Source of the DNA: Polyangiaceae bacterium
GTDB taxonomy: Bacteria > Myxococcota_A > Polyangia > Polyangiales > Polyangiaceae
Length of the DNA: 64,000 bases
Assembly: GCA_965222375.1 (NCBI GenBank)
Contig: CBDCTZ010000016.1
Coordinates: 2,432,001 to 2,496,000, forward strand
Direction: 5' to 3'
Shown here: positions 9,833 through 20,287 of the stretch, piece after piece
Position numbering within the stretch: the stretch's first letter is position 1
Layout of the letters: the number at the start of each line of letters is the position of its first letter
Translations under genes and position numbers: made by a program
Notes under the pieces: model-generated
What the model was told of the DNA's origin: nothing
The model's input: only the letters and a program-made list of their open reading frames with translations
Database searches by the model: none

Positions 9833-10170
9833 ATGGCGGCTGAGCGGGGTGCCCGCACCCTAGCGAGCGTATTTAGAACGCTGTGTGCGGCGGGCATCTC
9901 GCTGGCTTGCGCCGAGAGTGCGGAACTGTCGGATGGTGCGGACGCGGATGGTGATGCCTCCCGCGGCGCCGGGGCTGGGGCATCAGGCACGGGGGGCTCT
10001 GTCGCGACGGGCGGCTTCGCATTCGGTGGTTCGTCCGGCTTGGATGCAGCAGCCGGAACCGGCGGCACGGCAGAGCTGGCACTGGAGGCATCGGGGGTAG
10101 CTCCGGTACCGGCGCCGTGGGAGGCAGCTCGGGTACCGGCGCCTTGGACTCAATGGACGCAGGAGGGTGG
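9833..10170 (+). pseudogene. Frameshifted/truncated Gly-linker lipoprotein remnant
   Basis: Lipobox SLAC plus Gly linker. The linker continues (AGTGGIGGSSGTGAVGGSSGTGALDSMDAGG) only in another frame after ~10074, then loses protein-like character. Confidence 0.5.
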
Positions 10171-10293
10171 ACCGGCCACACCCCGTTCCACCTGTTGGGG
10201 CGGCTGCGCCCCGGTTTGGTGGCAAGCTTGTTCAGGAAAGCCGTGCTAGGCGCCGCCTTTGGGAGTGGCATCATGATTGCACGACGCGCGAGA

Positions 10294-11064
10294 ATGAGTT
10301 CATTGAGTCTACGCTTCGCTGGCGTGTGTTCCGCATTGATACTGGCCGCATGTAGCTCTGGCGCGGGTGGCGGCGGCGGTTGCCCGGATGGCAGCGTGTG
10401 CACGGGCGTTGATGGCGGTGGCGCGACGACGGGCTCGGGCGGCTTCGGCGCTTTCGGTTCTGGCGGCGTCAAACAATCGGGCGGTAGTGCCGGCGTAGGT
10501 GGAAGTCCGCAGACCGGCGGCACTGGGGCCTTTGGCGGCTTCGGAGGCAACAGCGGCAGCGGCGGGTCCGCCACCGGGGGCTCCAGCGGCACGAGTGGCA
10601 GCGGCGGCTTTGCAACCGGGGGTTCCAGTGGCACCAGCGGAAGCGGAGGACTTGCAACCGGCGGCACCAGCAGCGGGGGCGGTGGAGGCATTGGAGGCGG
10701 CTTTGGCGGAACCTCCGGCAGCGGCGGGAGCGGAACAGGCGGTGGCGGCGGTACCGGTGCTCTAGATCCGAACCTCAGTTTGCCGAACCCTGCGGGGCAG
10801 CCTTGCAACACGCCTGGCTACGGAACCGGTTGCCCGAGTTTGCAGGTGTGTCGGATCTCCGGACCGAACCAGGGCACGTGCGAAACCTGCACCCAGTGCG
10901 GAAACCTCGGCGCCTTTTGCAGCAGCAGCTCTCAATGCGACATCTTGTTCCAGTGCTACCTCGGCAAGTGCACGAACATCTGTCCCCTGGGCACCAGCTA
11001 TTGCGGGCCACCTCAGGATTGCATCAACGTCGGCCACGCCACCCACGGCGTGTGCAAACCCTGA
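10294..11064 (+). CDS. Gly-rich, Cys-rich lipoprotein
   Basis: Lipobox LAAC, long GGS linker, C-terminal Cys-rich domain. Confidence 0.8.
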   Translation: MSSLSLRFAGVCSALILAACSSGAGGGGGCPDGSVCTGVDGGGATTGSGGFGAFGSGGVKQSGGSAGVGGSPQTGGTGAFGGFGGNSGSGGSATGGSSGTSGSGGFATGGSSGTSGSGGLATGGTSSGGGGGIGGGFGGTSGSGGSGTGGGGGTGALDPNLSLPNPAGQPCNTPGYGTGCPSLQVCRISGPNQGTCETCTQCGNLGAFCSSSSQCDILFQCYLGKCTNICPLGTSYCGPPQDCINVGHATHGVCKP

Positions 11065-11070
11065 GGCGAG

Positions 11071-11661
11071 CTATTCGAAGCTGAGATCAACGTCCAAGGT
11101 TACGGACAGGACCGACTGTAGGAACTTCTCCAGCGCCGTTGGTTCGGCCCGCAATGCGTCCAAGCGCTGCTGTAAGGCGTAGTGACAGCGCGGGCAAGCG
11201 TGCCCCCGCTCCCGCATGAAGCTGCGCTCTGCTTCGAGCACGTTTCCGCAGTAGGCGCAGCTGGGGGCTTCGGCCGTGGCCGCCGGAGGCGCTCGATAGG
11301 CGCTCTGGGCCGGCTTCCTGGTTCGGTTCCGGGCGTCGCTTTCGCCGTATTCATCGGCGTCTAGCCAAACTCCGCCACAGCCGGTGCAGAAGTCCACGGC
11401 GACATCGAGGACACGGACCTCATGCGGAGTTTCTTTGCATCCTGGGCAGGCGTCGATCCCGCCGCCCTTTTTTCCGGTCAGTGCCGCCTCGGTTCGTCGT
11501 TCCGGGAGATGGGAAAGGGTTGGGCACAACACGGGCAAAGCCCGGGACTCGAGCCACACGCCGCTGCAGGCGTCGCATAGCTCCACCTTGACATCGGCCT
11601 GCCCAACCTGGTCTGCAAACCAGCGCTCGGACAGCGCTCCCTCACACCTTGGGCAATTCAC
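11071..11661 (-). CDS. zf-TFIIB-type zinc-ribbon protein
   Basis: CPRC..CDACSGVWLE, CPGC..CTGCGGVWLD, third CAYC..CPRC; GTG start at 11661. Confidence 0.8.
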   Translation of the reverse strand: MNCPRCEGALSERWFADQVGQADVKVELCDACSGVWLESRALPVLCPTLSHLPERRTEAALTGKKGGGIDACPGCKETPHEVRVLDVAVDFCTGCGGVWLDADEYGESDARNRTRKPAQSAYRAPPAATAEAPSCAYCGNVLEAERSFMRERGHACPRCHYALQQRLDALRAEPTALEKFLQSVLSVTLDVDLSFE

Positions 11662-11783
11662 ACTTCGTTCTCCCCCGCGCAGAGTGCCCCTGACTCGGCT
11701 GCCTCGCAAGCCGGTCGCGGCCTCAGCACCGCGCGCCAGTCGGAACCCTTGGCGGAACACGCTGGGCGTGAGATTGTCGTGCC

Positions 11784-12200
11784 ATGTTCGACAGCGACCG
11801 CCCGCCGAACGACGACACGAGGTCCGATGAGGACTCAGTCGCCAAGCGCGACCGTTCGTCGATTCTCGCGCGGCGCAAGTTCTTCATCGCATCGGCTCTG
11901 GCCGGTATTGCTGCGGCAGGTTGCAACAAAGAGCCGCAGGCCTGCTTGAAGGTTCAGGCGCCGCCCGAGCCGTCAGCAGCGCCCGACACACCTCCGACGG
12001 CAGAGTCGCCGCCGCCCGCAGAACCGACCACTGCCGCGCCGCCCCCGAGCGCGCCGGTTGCAACGGCGGATCCCCCCCCTCCGCCAGTTCCGACCAAACC
12101 CCCGACCGTGTGCCTGAAGGTTCCCGCGCCTTCGCCCACCGCAGACAAGCCCGAGCCGAAAGTCTGTTTGCGAGTGGCGGCGCCGCCGAAAGACGACTGA
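11784..12200 (+). CDS. Pro-rich lipoprotein with three PxxCLxV motifs
   Basis: ILARRKFF (Tat-like), lipobox AAGC, repeats PQACLKV / PTVCLKV / PKVCLRV. Confidence 0.7.
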   Translation: MFDSDRPPNDDTRSDEDSVAKRDRSSILARRKFFIASALAGIAAAGCNKEPQACLKVQAPPEPSAAPDTPPTAESPPPAEPTTAAPPPSAPVATADPPPPPVPTKPPTVCLKVPAPSPTADKPEPKVCLRVAAPPKDD

Positions 12201-12205
12201 GGCCG

Positions 12206-13765
12206 ATGCTGCGAGTTCGTCAGCTAGCCTTGCTGATCGCGCTGGCGGCCGGTTTGTGCACTGCCGGCGTTCGTGCCGACACGATCCATGAGAACTTGGC
12301 GAAGTACAACGCCCTCAAGGCGCGCAGCGCAGAGTTCATCGTGATTGGAGAGGGCACCGGCAAGAGCATTCCTGCGAGCGAGCGGCGAGAGCTCGATAGC
12401 CGAATTCGTTGGGGGGACGCCACGATACGGCTTGGTTGGTACATCGGCGTGCTCGCGACCGAGCATTACATGCGCTCGAACCCGCAGACTTTTCCGGGCG
12501 CCGACGGCGGCGATGCTGGCGCGGCAGCCAAGACGGCGGACGAGCTGTACCACGCACTGCTAGCACTTCAGCGAGTGGATCAGGTGGCGGACGCCGCGTT
12601 TCCACCGCCATGCAGCCAAGCGCAGAGCCTGAATGGCTTCTTCATTCGCGATGACGTGCCCAGTGACTTTCACAAGAACTTCGCGCCGCTGACCAAGACA
12701 TCGTCGGACTTCGTCGATCCAAAGCTGACCAACAAGGAGATGAGTCAAGACCAGGTGTATCACGTGCTGATCGGTCTCGCGCTCACCAAGCATCTGGTGC
12801 CAGCCAGTGTGCAAGTGAAGGGCAAGAGTTTGCCTGCATGGGCCTCGGAGCAGGCAGAGCGCATCGTGAAGCACGTGGTGAAGGACGGCTGGATCATCAA
12901 GAACCCAGCCTGCAATCGAGACGTGGCTCGCGGCAAGGACGCCTTCGGCTACTCCGAGGGCACTCGCAAGGCCGTTTCTTTCATCACCGACGGCGCGTAT
13001 TCACCGCCGGCTGCGCCGGGCTTCGTTGGCGTCTGGGACGGGCTCAAAGCTCCTAACCACCTGATCTACAGCAACGTGGACAATCTCCACATGGCCATGG
13101 CCATTGCTGCGATCGGAAACGGCTGGCAACCCACGACCGACCAACACCTGGCAACCCTCGCCGACAAGGAAGACTGGGTGCTGTATCCGCTCCTTCATCG
13201 CGCGTTGTACGGCAAGGCGCCCGCTTGTGTGGTTTGCTCCAAGATCGATCAAGACGCGCGGAAGATGCTCGACGAGCTGCCAAAGAGCGCTGACCCCAAA
13301 TCGCCGCAGCCGAACCCGCCGGCAGTGCATGGCTTCACCAGCTCCAATCGCTTCATTCGCGGCAAGGCCGAGGCCTACGTGGGCAGTTCGGGCTCTGATG
13401 GGTACCGCTACAACGGCATGGACTACATGCTGCTGCACAACCTGTACGCCATCGGCGCTCCAGAGCTCTGGGGAGGCGTTGGTGGCGTAGCCGGTAGCGG
13501 CAATACTGGTGGCGGTGGCGCGGGGGGAGTTGGCGGTTCGACCGGCGGATCTGCGGGAGCACAAACTGGGGGCGTGGGTGGCGGCGGTACGGCGGGGGGC
13601 GGCGCTGCCTCGGCTGGGGGAGCATCGGCCGGCGCTGGTCCCGCGGACAGCTCGGATGAGTCGGGTTGCGGGTGCCGCGCCGTTTCGGCGCCGGCCAACA
13701 GAGGGTCGGTCTGGTTGCTGCTGGTGCTGGCGCTATGGCGTCGGCGCCGCGCGGCTCAGTGGTAG
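12206..13765 (+). CDS. Secreted protein with MYXO-CTERM sorting signal
   Basis: Signal peptide, globular domain, Gly linker, C-terminal SGCGCRAV...WLLLVLALWRRRR. Confidence 0.85.
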   Translation: MLRVRQLALLIALAAGLCTAGVRADTIHENLAKYNALKARSAEFIVIGEGTGKSIPASERRELDSRIRWGDATIRLGWYIGVLATEHYMRSNPQTFPGADGGDAGAAAKTADELYHALLALQRVDQVADAAFPPPCSQAQSLNGFFIRDDVPSDFHKNFAPLTKTSSDFVDPKLTNKEMSQDQVYHVLIGLALTKHLVPASVQVKGKSLPAWASEQAERIVKHVVKDGWIIKNPACNRDVARGKDAFGYSEGTRKAVSFITDGAYSPPAAPGFVGVWDGLKAPNHLIYSNVDNLHMAMAIAAIGNGWQPTTDQHLATLADKEDWVLYPLLHRALYGKAPACVVCSKIDQDARKMLDELPKSADPKSPQPNPPAVHGFTSSNRFIRGKAEAYVGSSGSDGYRYNGMDYMLLHNLYAIGAPELWGGVGGVAGSGNTGGGGAGGVGGSTGGSAGAQTGGVGGGGTAGGGAASAGGASAGAGPADSSDESGCGCRAVSAPANRGSVWLLLVLALWRRRRAAQW

Positions 13766-14571
13766 AGCACGGTTCCGAGCAGTGCGAAATTGGCTACAGT
13801 GATCTTCTCCTCGGTACGTGCGTCGGAATTCGTCACTGAGCCGCCAGTCGCCCTGCCGAGAATGCCCAAGGACCACTGATCTGCGATCCAGAAGTCGTAG
13901 CCCAAGAACAGCCCGCCTCCGCCACCAGTTGCGGTGCTGGACTTTTCGGTTCCGTCGTTGTTGGTGACGTTTGCAGCCGCCCCGCCGAGGATGATCCCGG
14001 CGTGGAAGCCACCGTCGGGCATGAAGAACCAGTCCAAGAATGGGCCGATGATGCCGAAGTTGAAGTTGTTGGGGCTCTCGTCCTCGAAGGACCCTCGCTT
14101 CACGTTCGGCTTTTGTGCTTGGCTAAAGAAGTAGGCGCCTCCGATCACCAATCCGTCTGCAGGAGTCCCGCCGAACATCAGGTCGAGGCTGAACGCACCG
14201 CCATCGACCTCGGTATCTTCCAACCCATCGACTTCGAAGACAGCGCCAAGAGCACCGCCGCCGATGCTTCCACGGAAGTAAAATCCGTCATGGAAACGCA
14301 CGCTGCGGTCTTCGCCAGGTGGTGGCGGAGGGGGAGGTTCGTAGGCGCCCGGCTGTTGATAGCCGCCTGGCGGCGGCTGTTGGTAGTTTGCCGGAGGCGG
14401 CTGGGAGCCTGGCGGTGGCGGTGGTGGTGGCGTTCCCGTGGGAGGCGGCTGCGCGGCTGGGGCAGCCGCCGGATCCGCAGGCGGCTGCTCCGGAGGTGCA
14501 CCTTGTCCAGCGGCATTCGTAGCGACAAAAGAAGAAGAAGCGACGACAAAGGCGACAGTTCGAAAGCGCAT
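13756..14571 (-). CDS. Outer-membrane beta-barrel protein with Pro-rich N-terminus
   Basis: Signal peptide, poly-Pro region, HDGFYFR start of barrel, alternating beta strands, ends LYH. Confidence 0.7.
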   Translation of the reverse strand: MRFRTVAFVVASSSFVATNAAGQGAPPEQPPADPAAAPAAQPPPTGTPPPPPPPGSQPPPANYQQPPPGGYQQPGAYEPPPPPPPGEDRSVRFHDGFYFRGSIGGGALGAVFEVDGLEDTEVDGGAFSLDLMFGGTPADGLVIGGAYFFSQAQKPNVKRGSFEDESPNNFNFGIIGPFLDWFFMPDGGFHAGIILGGAAANVTNNDGTEKSSTATGGGGGLFLGYDFWIADQWSLGILGRATGGSVTNSDARTEEKITVANFALLGTVLYH

Positions 14572-14645
14572 GCGTGGACTACATACTCAGGCGGGCTTGC
14601 CGTCAAGAAGGGATGCGCTCGACAAGTTTGCTATGGTCGCCGCCC

Positions 14646-15362
14646 ATGTACCGGGCCCTAACGCTGGCAGTCCTGCTCGCGGCCACCGCGGGGGCTTGCG
14701 GAGGCGCGCCGGTGCCCGCCGAAGGCCCCCGAGAGAGTGCTGCCCCCAAACGTCGCGCGGCGCTCGTGGACGATTGCGCCCAACAGCCCGGCAAGCCGCC
14801 GCCGGAGCCTTTGAAGAAGCGTTACGAGGGGGTCGCTGCGAAGGCTCGCTGCCAGCGGGAGGTCTTCACCATCATGGGTGGGCTCACGCACTTCCTGGGC
14901 GTCAAGTGTGCTTACTGCCATGAAGAGCCCGACTACCCGAAGATGACCCACAACAAGCGTGTCGCAAATTGGATGGCGCGCGAGCTGATCCCGAGCTTGG
15001 AGAAGAAGAACGGCGGTGGCGAAGTCTGGTGCAATGACTGTCACCTGGTCGACGGCAAAGGCACCGCAAAGATCCTCAAGTCGCCTAGGGATCAGAAGTG
15101 GACGATCGAATGGATGACGGCCCACCTCTCGGAGAGGTTCGACTCCGCAGATGGAAAGCCCCTGCGCTGCAAGGCTTGCCATGGCGCGAACTTGGGCGAT
15201 CCCGCGTTCCGCAAGAAGATCATCCTGACGGACCACCTGCCCGTTCCGCCGGAGAAGCGAAACCGTCCCGTTCCCGCGGGCCCTGCCGCCGAGGCCGAGC
15301 CCGCGAGCTCGGAGAGCCCGGGGCCGGATGCGGGAGCCAGCGGTGACGCTGGCGGCGAATAA
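14646..15362 (+). CDS. Triheme c-type cytochrome lipoprotein (reaction-centre cytochrome c-like)
   Basis: CAYCH, CNDCH, CKACH; M..LGVKC..CH pattern; lipobox AGAC. Confidence 0.8.
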   Translation: MYRALTLAVLLAATAGACGGAPVPAEGPRESAAPKRRAALVDDCAQQPGKPPPEPLKKRYEGVAAKARCQREVFTIMGGLTHFLGVKCAYCHEEPDYPKMTHNKRVANWMARELIPSLEKKNGGGEVWCNDCHLVDGKGTAKILKSPRDQKWTIEWMTAHLSERFDSADGKPLRCKACHGANLGDPAFRKKIILTDHLPVPPEKRNRPVPAGPAAEAEPASSESPGPDAGASGDAGGE

Positions 15363-15526
15363 TCTGATCCCGGCTGCGTGCTGCCCCGCGCTTCCATAAT
15401 TGTGCGCCAAATGCCGGGCTTTTGTCGGCTCTGGCCCGGCAATTGATGTGCGCGGCGGACAGGCCTACGACGTTGGCTCGCAGGGGCCGAGGGAACTTTG
15501 GTGGAGGGCGGAAGTCAGTGCTGAGC

Positions 15527-18500
15527 ATGGGATTGTCGGATGGCAGCGTGCGCACAGCTGTGCGCGTGGTTCTTTGGTTCGCTCTGCTGGCCCTTCTGGG
15601 TTGCGGGAAAAAGGACGAGCTGGTGTCCCGGGGGCAGAGTTTCGCGGAGCTGCGAGAAATCCGCTCCGGGGCGTCCGTGACCCTTCCCGGGGACGCCGCA
15701 CGTAGCCCGTACCCCCGCGAGAGGCTCGTCGATGGCACTCGGGTCGATGTGCAGGAGTCCGGGCTGGTGTGGCTGCGGCGAGATAGCGGCGCACGACTGT
15801 TGGTGGCTGGCCCAGCGACTTTCACCCTCGGCGTGGACTCCATCGACTTCGAGGCGGGGCGCGTGTTCGTCGACGCTCCGCTCGGTGTAGCCGTGCGCCT
15901 GGACACGCCGAGCGGGCGCCTCACGCCGAGCAACGTGCGAGCCAGCATCGACATCGGGGCGACAACCCGCGCCTACGTATTGCGTGGCGAGCTTGCCGTC
16001 GCCGACTTGCGCGTTCGCGCGGGCGAAGAACTGACCTTGCAGGCGGAAAAGAGTAGCGTCGCCCCGGTCGTCGCTTGGAACGATTGGACGGGTGGGCTCG
16101 CGACCGCTGATGAGAGCGCCGCGCCGTCTCCCTTCGGTGTGGGCACGGTGGGCGCGCGGGATCCCGGCCAGAAGGGGAAGCCTCGCTTTCCTCTGTCCAT
16201 TCAGCGCCTGGACGTTTCGGTACGCGTGGAAGGCGACTTCGTCGTCACCGAGGTGGATCAGCGCTTCTTCAATCCCGCTTCCAAGAAGGTCGAGGGCATC
16301 TATCGCTTTCGCGCACCGCGCGGCGCTTCGATTCAGCGCTTTGGAGTGGATCGCGCTGGCAAGGTTGCCTGGGGGCGCGTGAAAGAGAGCGCGGCGGCCA
16401 GCGCGCAATACCAATCCAATGTCTACGCAGGCTCGACGGAGGACCCTGCGCTGCTCGAATGGGACGGGCCCGGCTCCTATCGCGCTCGCTTGTACCCCAT
16501 CGGGCCGGGTGAGACGCGCCGGGTCGTCGTTCGCTACACCGAGTGGTTGTCCCGTACCGGGCCGAAGGGTGAGCGCCGCCTGTACGTGTATCCGATGGCG
16601 GCTAGTGGTGCCGAGGCATCTCTGCCGCGGATCGAGAACTTCTCACTGAGCGTCCAGTTCGGGCTTGCCCGCGCCAAAGACGTGCGTGTGGGGATGAAGG
16701 CGGAACGTCGGGGAAACGAGATCCTGGTCAGCGAGCATGATTTCATCCCACGTTCGGACTTCTTTCTCGAGCTCTTCGACGATGGCCTCACCCACCTGAC
16801 GGCCTATCGCGCCAAACACGATCCAGATCTGAAGGTGCTTCCGCCCAGTGATCGCGCCCGCGCCCGTGAGTCCGCGTCCAAAGAGGCGCCCTATGTGCTG
16901 ATTCCGGTACGAGCCCAAGACTTGCCGAAACCCGAAGGTGGATTGGATCTCGCCATCGTCGTCGACTCATCAGCCGCCAACGACGCCGGCGCGATGGCGC
17001 TCGCCAAGGCCGCGACCAATGCGCTGCTGAGCCACCTATCCCCTCGAGATCGCGCCAGGATCTGGTCTGGTGCCGACGGACTTCGGCCACTACTTCCGGA
17101 CGTAAAGGGACCCGTCGCTGTCGATGCCAAGCTCCGGCAACGCGTCTCAATCGCGCTGTCGTCTCTGGAGCGAGGGGGTGCCACGGACCTCGGGGGCATG
17201 CTGGCTGAAGCGGCGCGCGGCTTGGACCCAGAGCGACGAGGCGCGGTCGTCTACATTGGCGACGGACGACCCACGGTGGGGGAACTGGGGCTCAAGGATT
17301 TGAACGAGCGCTTGGCGGCGCTGCCTCGCCCAGTGCGCGTTTTCTCTCTCGGCATCGGCGGCGAGACGAACATGGGCCTCTTGCGTGGGGTGGCTCGCGG
17401 CGGCTTCGCTGAACGGGTCGATGACGCTCACCAGGCGGCGGAAGTGGCGCTTTCGGTATTCGAGCAGGCGGAGCGCCCGGCGTGGCTCGGCGTGAAGATG
17501 GACCTGGGGCCGAATGTCGAGCGGGTGCTGCCCAAGGATGCGAGCACCCTGGTTGCAGGCGAGACCACCTGGGTGGTGGCCCGGGTCACAGGCACGTTGC
17601 CGAAGAGCGTGAAGCTGACGCGTTTCGGCGGAGAGGTTCGTGAACATCGCCTCGAGCTGCGCAAGCTGGACGACCAGGGAGATCTGCGTCGGCGTTGGGC
17701 GGATCTGCGCCTGAGCGAATTGCTGGAGGAGGGAGTGGGCCGCGCCGCTCTGGTCGACCTGGGAATGCGATACGGCGTGATCACTCCGGTTACCTCGTTT
17801 TACGTGCCGACGACTCGCGAGCTGCGCAAGGAGGCCAAGGAGCGCCGGCGGCGCAAGCGTTCCTTCAACGCGCTGAGCGGAGAGGACGACGACGTTGACG
17901 AAATCACTCTGGAACTGGAGGCCGAGGAGGAGGCCGACAACAAAGAGGGTGGGACCGGCACGCGAGCCAAGGGCGAAGAGGGCTCCATGGGCAAGGCCAG
18001 CTCCAAGCTCACGAACAAGCGCTACGCCGTGCGCGGTCCGGCGGACAATCCGGATCCGAACGTTGCGCGCAAAGCCGCGCTGGCGGAGGCCCAAGAGTTC
18101 GGGATGGTCGGCCTGCTGAATGCTGGCGCAGCCGGGGAGGCTCCTGCTGCGGCCGCGGCGCCCGAACCCGCCCAGGACGCGCCGCCGAAGCCAATGGAGC
18201 AGCAGGCGGAAGTGCTCAAGGTGCCGCCCGCGAAGAACGAGCCTACGGACTTGCCGACCGCGCCTTGGGGCGGCGATGATTCCCTGGCTCGAGACAAGAC
18301 CGGCACGCACAAAGCCCAAGGCAATATGTGGGGGGCAGAAATCGGGGACGCGTTTGGATCCGGTGGCCTAGGGTTGAAAGGGATCGGAGAGGGCGGTGGG
18401 GGCCGCGACGAGGGGATTGGGCTGGGCGACATTGGCACCCTCGGCCACGGCGCGGGCACGGGCACAGGCCAAGGCTTTGGTTCCGGGCACGGTCGCTTGG

Positions 18501-20287
18501 GCGGCGGAAAAGGAAAACGAAATCCACCGCGAGTGCGCATGGGTGCTGTGGGCGTTACGCCTGAGCGATTGCCGAAAGAAGTCGTGCGGCGCATCCTTCG
18601 CCAGAACTTCGGACGCTATCGGCTGTGTTACGAGCAGGGCCTCAAGCGCAACCCGAACCTCGAGGGTGACGTGAACCTCGCGTTCACCATCAACCGCTCA
18701 GGCACTGTGAGCGCTGTTTCGACGGCGGGGTCTTCGCTGCCCGACGCTGGCTCCAAGGGCTGCATCAGCCGGGCCATCTACGGTGTGAGCTTCCCGCAGC
18801 CCGAGGGCGGGACCACGCGAGCTCGACTCAAGGTCAGCTTCACCCCGCCGGAGCCAGCACCGGCGCCCGCCGCAGAAGTCACGGCGAATGCCCTGACCAC
18901 CTTCGTCGCCGTCGACTTTCTGCCGCGCACGGTGCGCTACTGCAGCCGAGCTGCGGACCAGCCGCTATTCGAGCGCATGGCGCTCTGGCGCGAACGGCTT
19001 GGCCAGAACACCACGCCGGCGACGGCCTTGACGGTGTATCGCCGGGCGCTGGCTCTGTGCGAGGCGCCGAGCTGGCGGGAGCGTCGGATCCTGCTTTCGA
19101 TGATGCTGAACGCGCTGGGCAAAGTCGAAAAGCGCGTCGCGGTGTGGCGGGCGCTATCTCGCGACACCAAGGCGGCTGACACCTTCTATCGCGGATTGGT
19201 CGCTCGGGTCCGCTCCGCGGACGACCGCCGGCGACTGTTCGCTGCTCTGGGCTTGAAGAGCGCCGACCCCGCTGCGATCGAAGCCATCGTTGCCAAGACC
19301 GACGACACGAAAGAACGCGTCAAGAAGCTGCGTGCGCTGCGCAAAGAGTACCCCGGCGACTTCCCGCTCGCTTTGCGGCTGATGGAAGCCATGGAGGATG
19401 CCGGGGACCTCACAGCGGCCCGCGCCCTGGCCGACTCGCTCAGAAAACGTCCCGACGCCGATTCCCTGGTGCGCTCCGCGGTCGGCGAGTTCTACCTGCG
19501 TTTGGCCCGTCGCGATGCGCCCCGCAAAGTGGCCCACGAGGCCATGGCTAAGCGCGCGTTTGGCGAAATCGTCGAGTTTGCCCCGGACGACCCGGTTGCG
19601 CGACGTTTGTTGGGCGACCTGTTGCGCGCCCACGGGTGGCATTCCCAGGCCCGGCGTCAGTACGAGACCCTGGAACGCTTGACGCCCGACGACGCGAGCG
19701 TGCCGTTGCTCCTGGCCCTGGCAGCGCAGGGCGAGGGCCAGCTCGAAGCGGCGGTTAGGTTCACGGAAAAGGGTACCGGTGCAGGCGCTCCGGATGCGTC
19801 TCAGGGTCCGGCGGCAACCAGTCGCGCGCTGGCCCAAGTGTTTCTTGCCTGGGGGCGCGCCGACGCGAAGCGAAAGCGGCAAACCAAAGAGCTTGCGACC
19901 CTGCGGGCGCGTGCCAAGAGCCTGTTCGCCGCTGGCCGTACCAACCCCGGACAAGTCCGCTTGACCGTTACGTGGACGCATCCGGAATTGCACCCAATGG
20001 TGTTCACGGGACGAGAGAAGGCGCGTTTGCCGGCCCCAGAAGGGGACGTCACTTTGGGCTTGGCCCAAGCCTTCCTGCCCAAGTCCGCAGCCCACGTGGT
20101 CGAGTTGCGCCTGCAACCCAAGGACGCGCGGCATGCGGCTCGCCTAGGGGCGACTCTGATGCTGACGGCTGTATTCGATGAGCTCGGCGCCAAGGAACGC
20201 ATCGTGGTTGTCCCCGTGAAGTTCGAACCTGGCGGGGACAACATCCTCCGCTTCCGGATCGCCGATGGTGAGGTGACTCGTGGCTAA
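15527..20287 (+). CDS. Large lipoprotein: FecR-like, VIT, vWA, AgmX/PglI (TonB-C-like) and TPR domains
   Basis: Lipobox LLGC; VIT (VDQRFFNP..EGIYRF); vWA (VVDSS, YIGDG); Gly-rich stretch then VVRRILRQNFGRYRLCYEQGLKRNPNLEG; C-terminal helical repeats; start uncertain. Confidence 0.85.
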   Translation: MGLSDGSVRTAVRVVLWFALLALLGCGKKDELVSRGQSFAELREIRSGASVTLPGDAARSPYPRERLVDGTRVDVQESGLVWLRRDSGARLLVAGPATFTLGVDSIDFEAGRVFVDAPLGVAVRLDTPSGRLTPSNVRASIDIGATTRAYVLRGELAVADLRVRAGEELTLQAEKSSVAPVVAWNDWTGGLATADESAAPSPFGVGTVGARDPGQKGKPRFPLSIQRLDVSVRVEGDFVVTEVDQRFFNPASKKVEGIYRFRAPRGASIQRFGVDRAGKVAWGRVKESAAASAQYQSNVYAGSTEDPALLEWDGPGSYRARLYPIGPGETRRVVVRYTEWLSRTGPKGERRLYVYPMAASGAEASLPRIENFSLSVQFGLARAKDVRVGMKAERRGNEILVSEHDFIPRSDFFLELFDDGLTHLTAYRAKHDPDLKVLPPSDRARARESASKEAPYVLIPVRAQDLPKPEGGLDLAIVVDSSAANDAGAMALAKAATNALLSHLSPRDRARIWSGADGLRPLLPDVKGPVAVDAKLRQRVSIALSSLERGGATDLGGMLAEAARGLDPERRGAVVYIGDGRPTVGELGLKDLNERLAALPRPVRVFSLGIGGETNMGLLRGVARGGFAERVDDAHQAAEVALSVFEQAERPAWLGVKMDLGPNVERVLPKDASTLVAGETTWVVARVTGTLPKSVKLTRFGGEVREHRLELRKLDDQGDLRRRWADLRLSELLEEGVGRAALVDLGMRYGVITPVTSFYVPTTRELRKEAKERRRRKRSFNALSGEDDDVDEITLELEAEEEADNKEGGTGTRAKGEEGSMGKASSKLTNKRYAVRGPADNPDPNVARKAALAEAQEFGMVGLLNAGAAGEAPAAAAAPEPAQDAPPKPMEQQAEVLKVPPAKNEPTDLPTAPWGGDDSLARDKTGTHKAQGNMWGAEIGDAFGSGGLGLKGIGEGGGGRDEGIGLGDIGTLGHGAGTGTGQGFGSGHGRLGGGKGKRNPPRVRMGAVGVTPERLPKEVVRRILRQNFGRYRLCYEQGLKRNPNLEGDVNLAFTINRSGTVSAVSTAGSSLPDAGSKGCISRAIYGVSFPQPEGGTTRARLKVSFTPPEPAPAPAAEVTANALTTFVAVDFLPRTVRYCSRAADQPLFERMALWRERLGQNTTPATALTVYRRALALCEAPSWRERRILLSMMLNALGKVEKRVAVWRALSRDTKAADTFYRGLVARVRSADDRRRLFAALGLKSADPAAIEAIVAKTDDTKERVKKLRALRKEYPGDFPLALRLMEAMEDAGDLTAARALADSLRKRPDADSLVRSAVGEFYLRLARRDAPRKVAHEAMAKRAFGEIVEFAPDDPVARRLLGDLLRAHGWHSQARRQYETLERLTPDDASVPLLLALAAQGEGQLEAAVRFTEKGTGAGAPDASQGPAATSRALAQVFLAWGRADAKRKRQTKELATLRARAKSLFAAGRTNPGQVRLTVTWTHPELHPMVFTGREKARLPAPEGDVTLGLAQAFLPKSAAHVVELRLQPKDARHAARLGATLMLTAVFDELGAKERIVVVPVKFEPGGDNILRFRIADGEVTRG

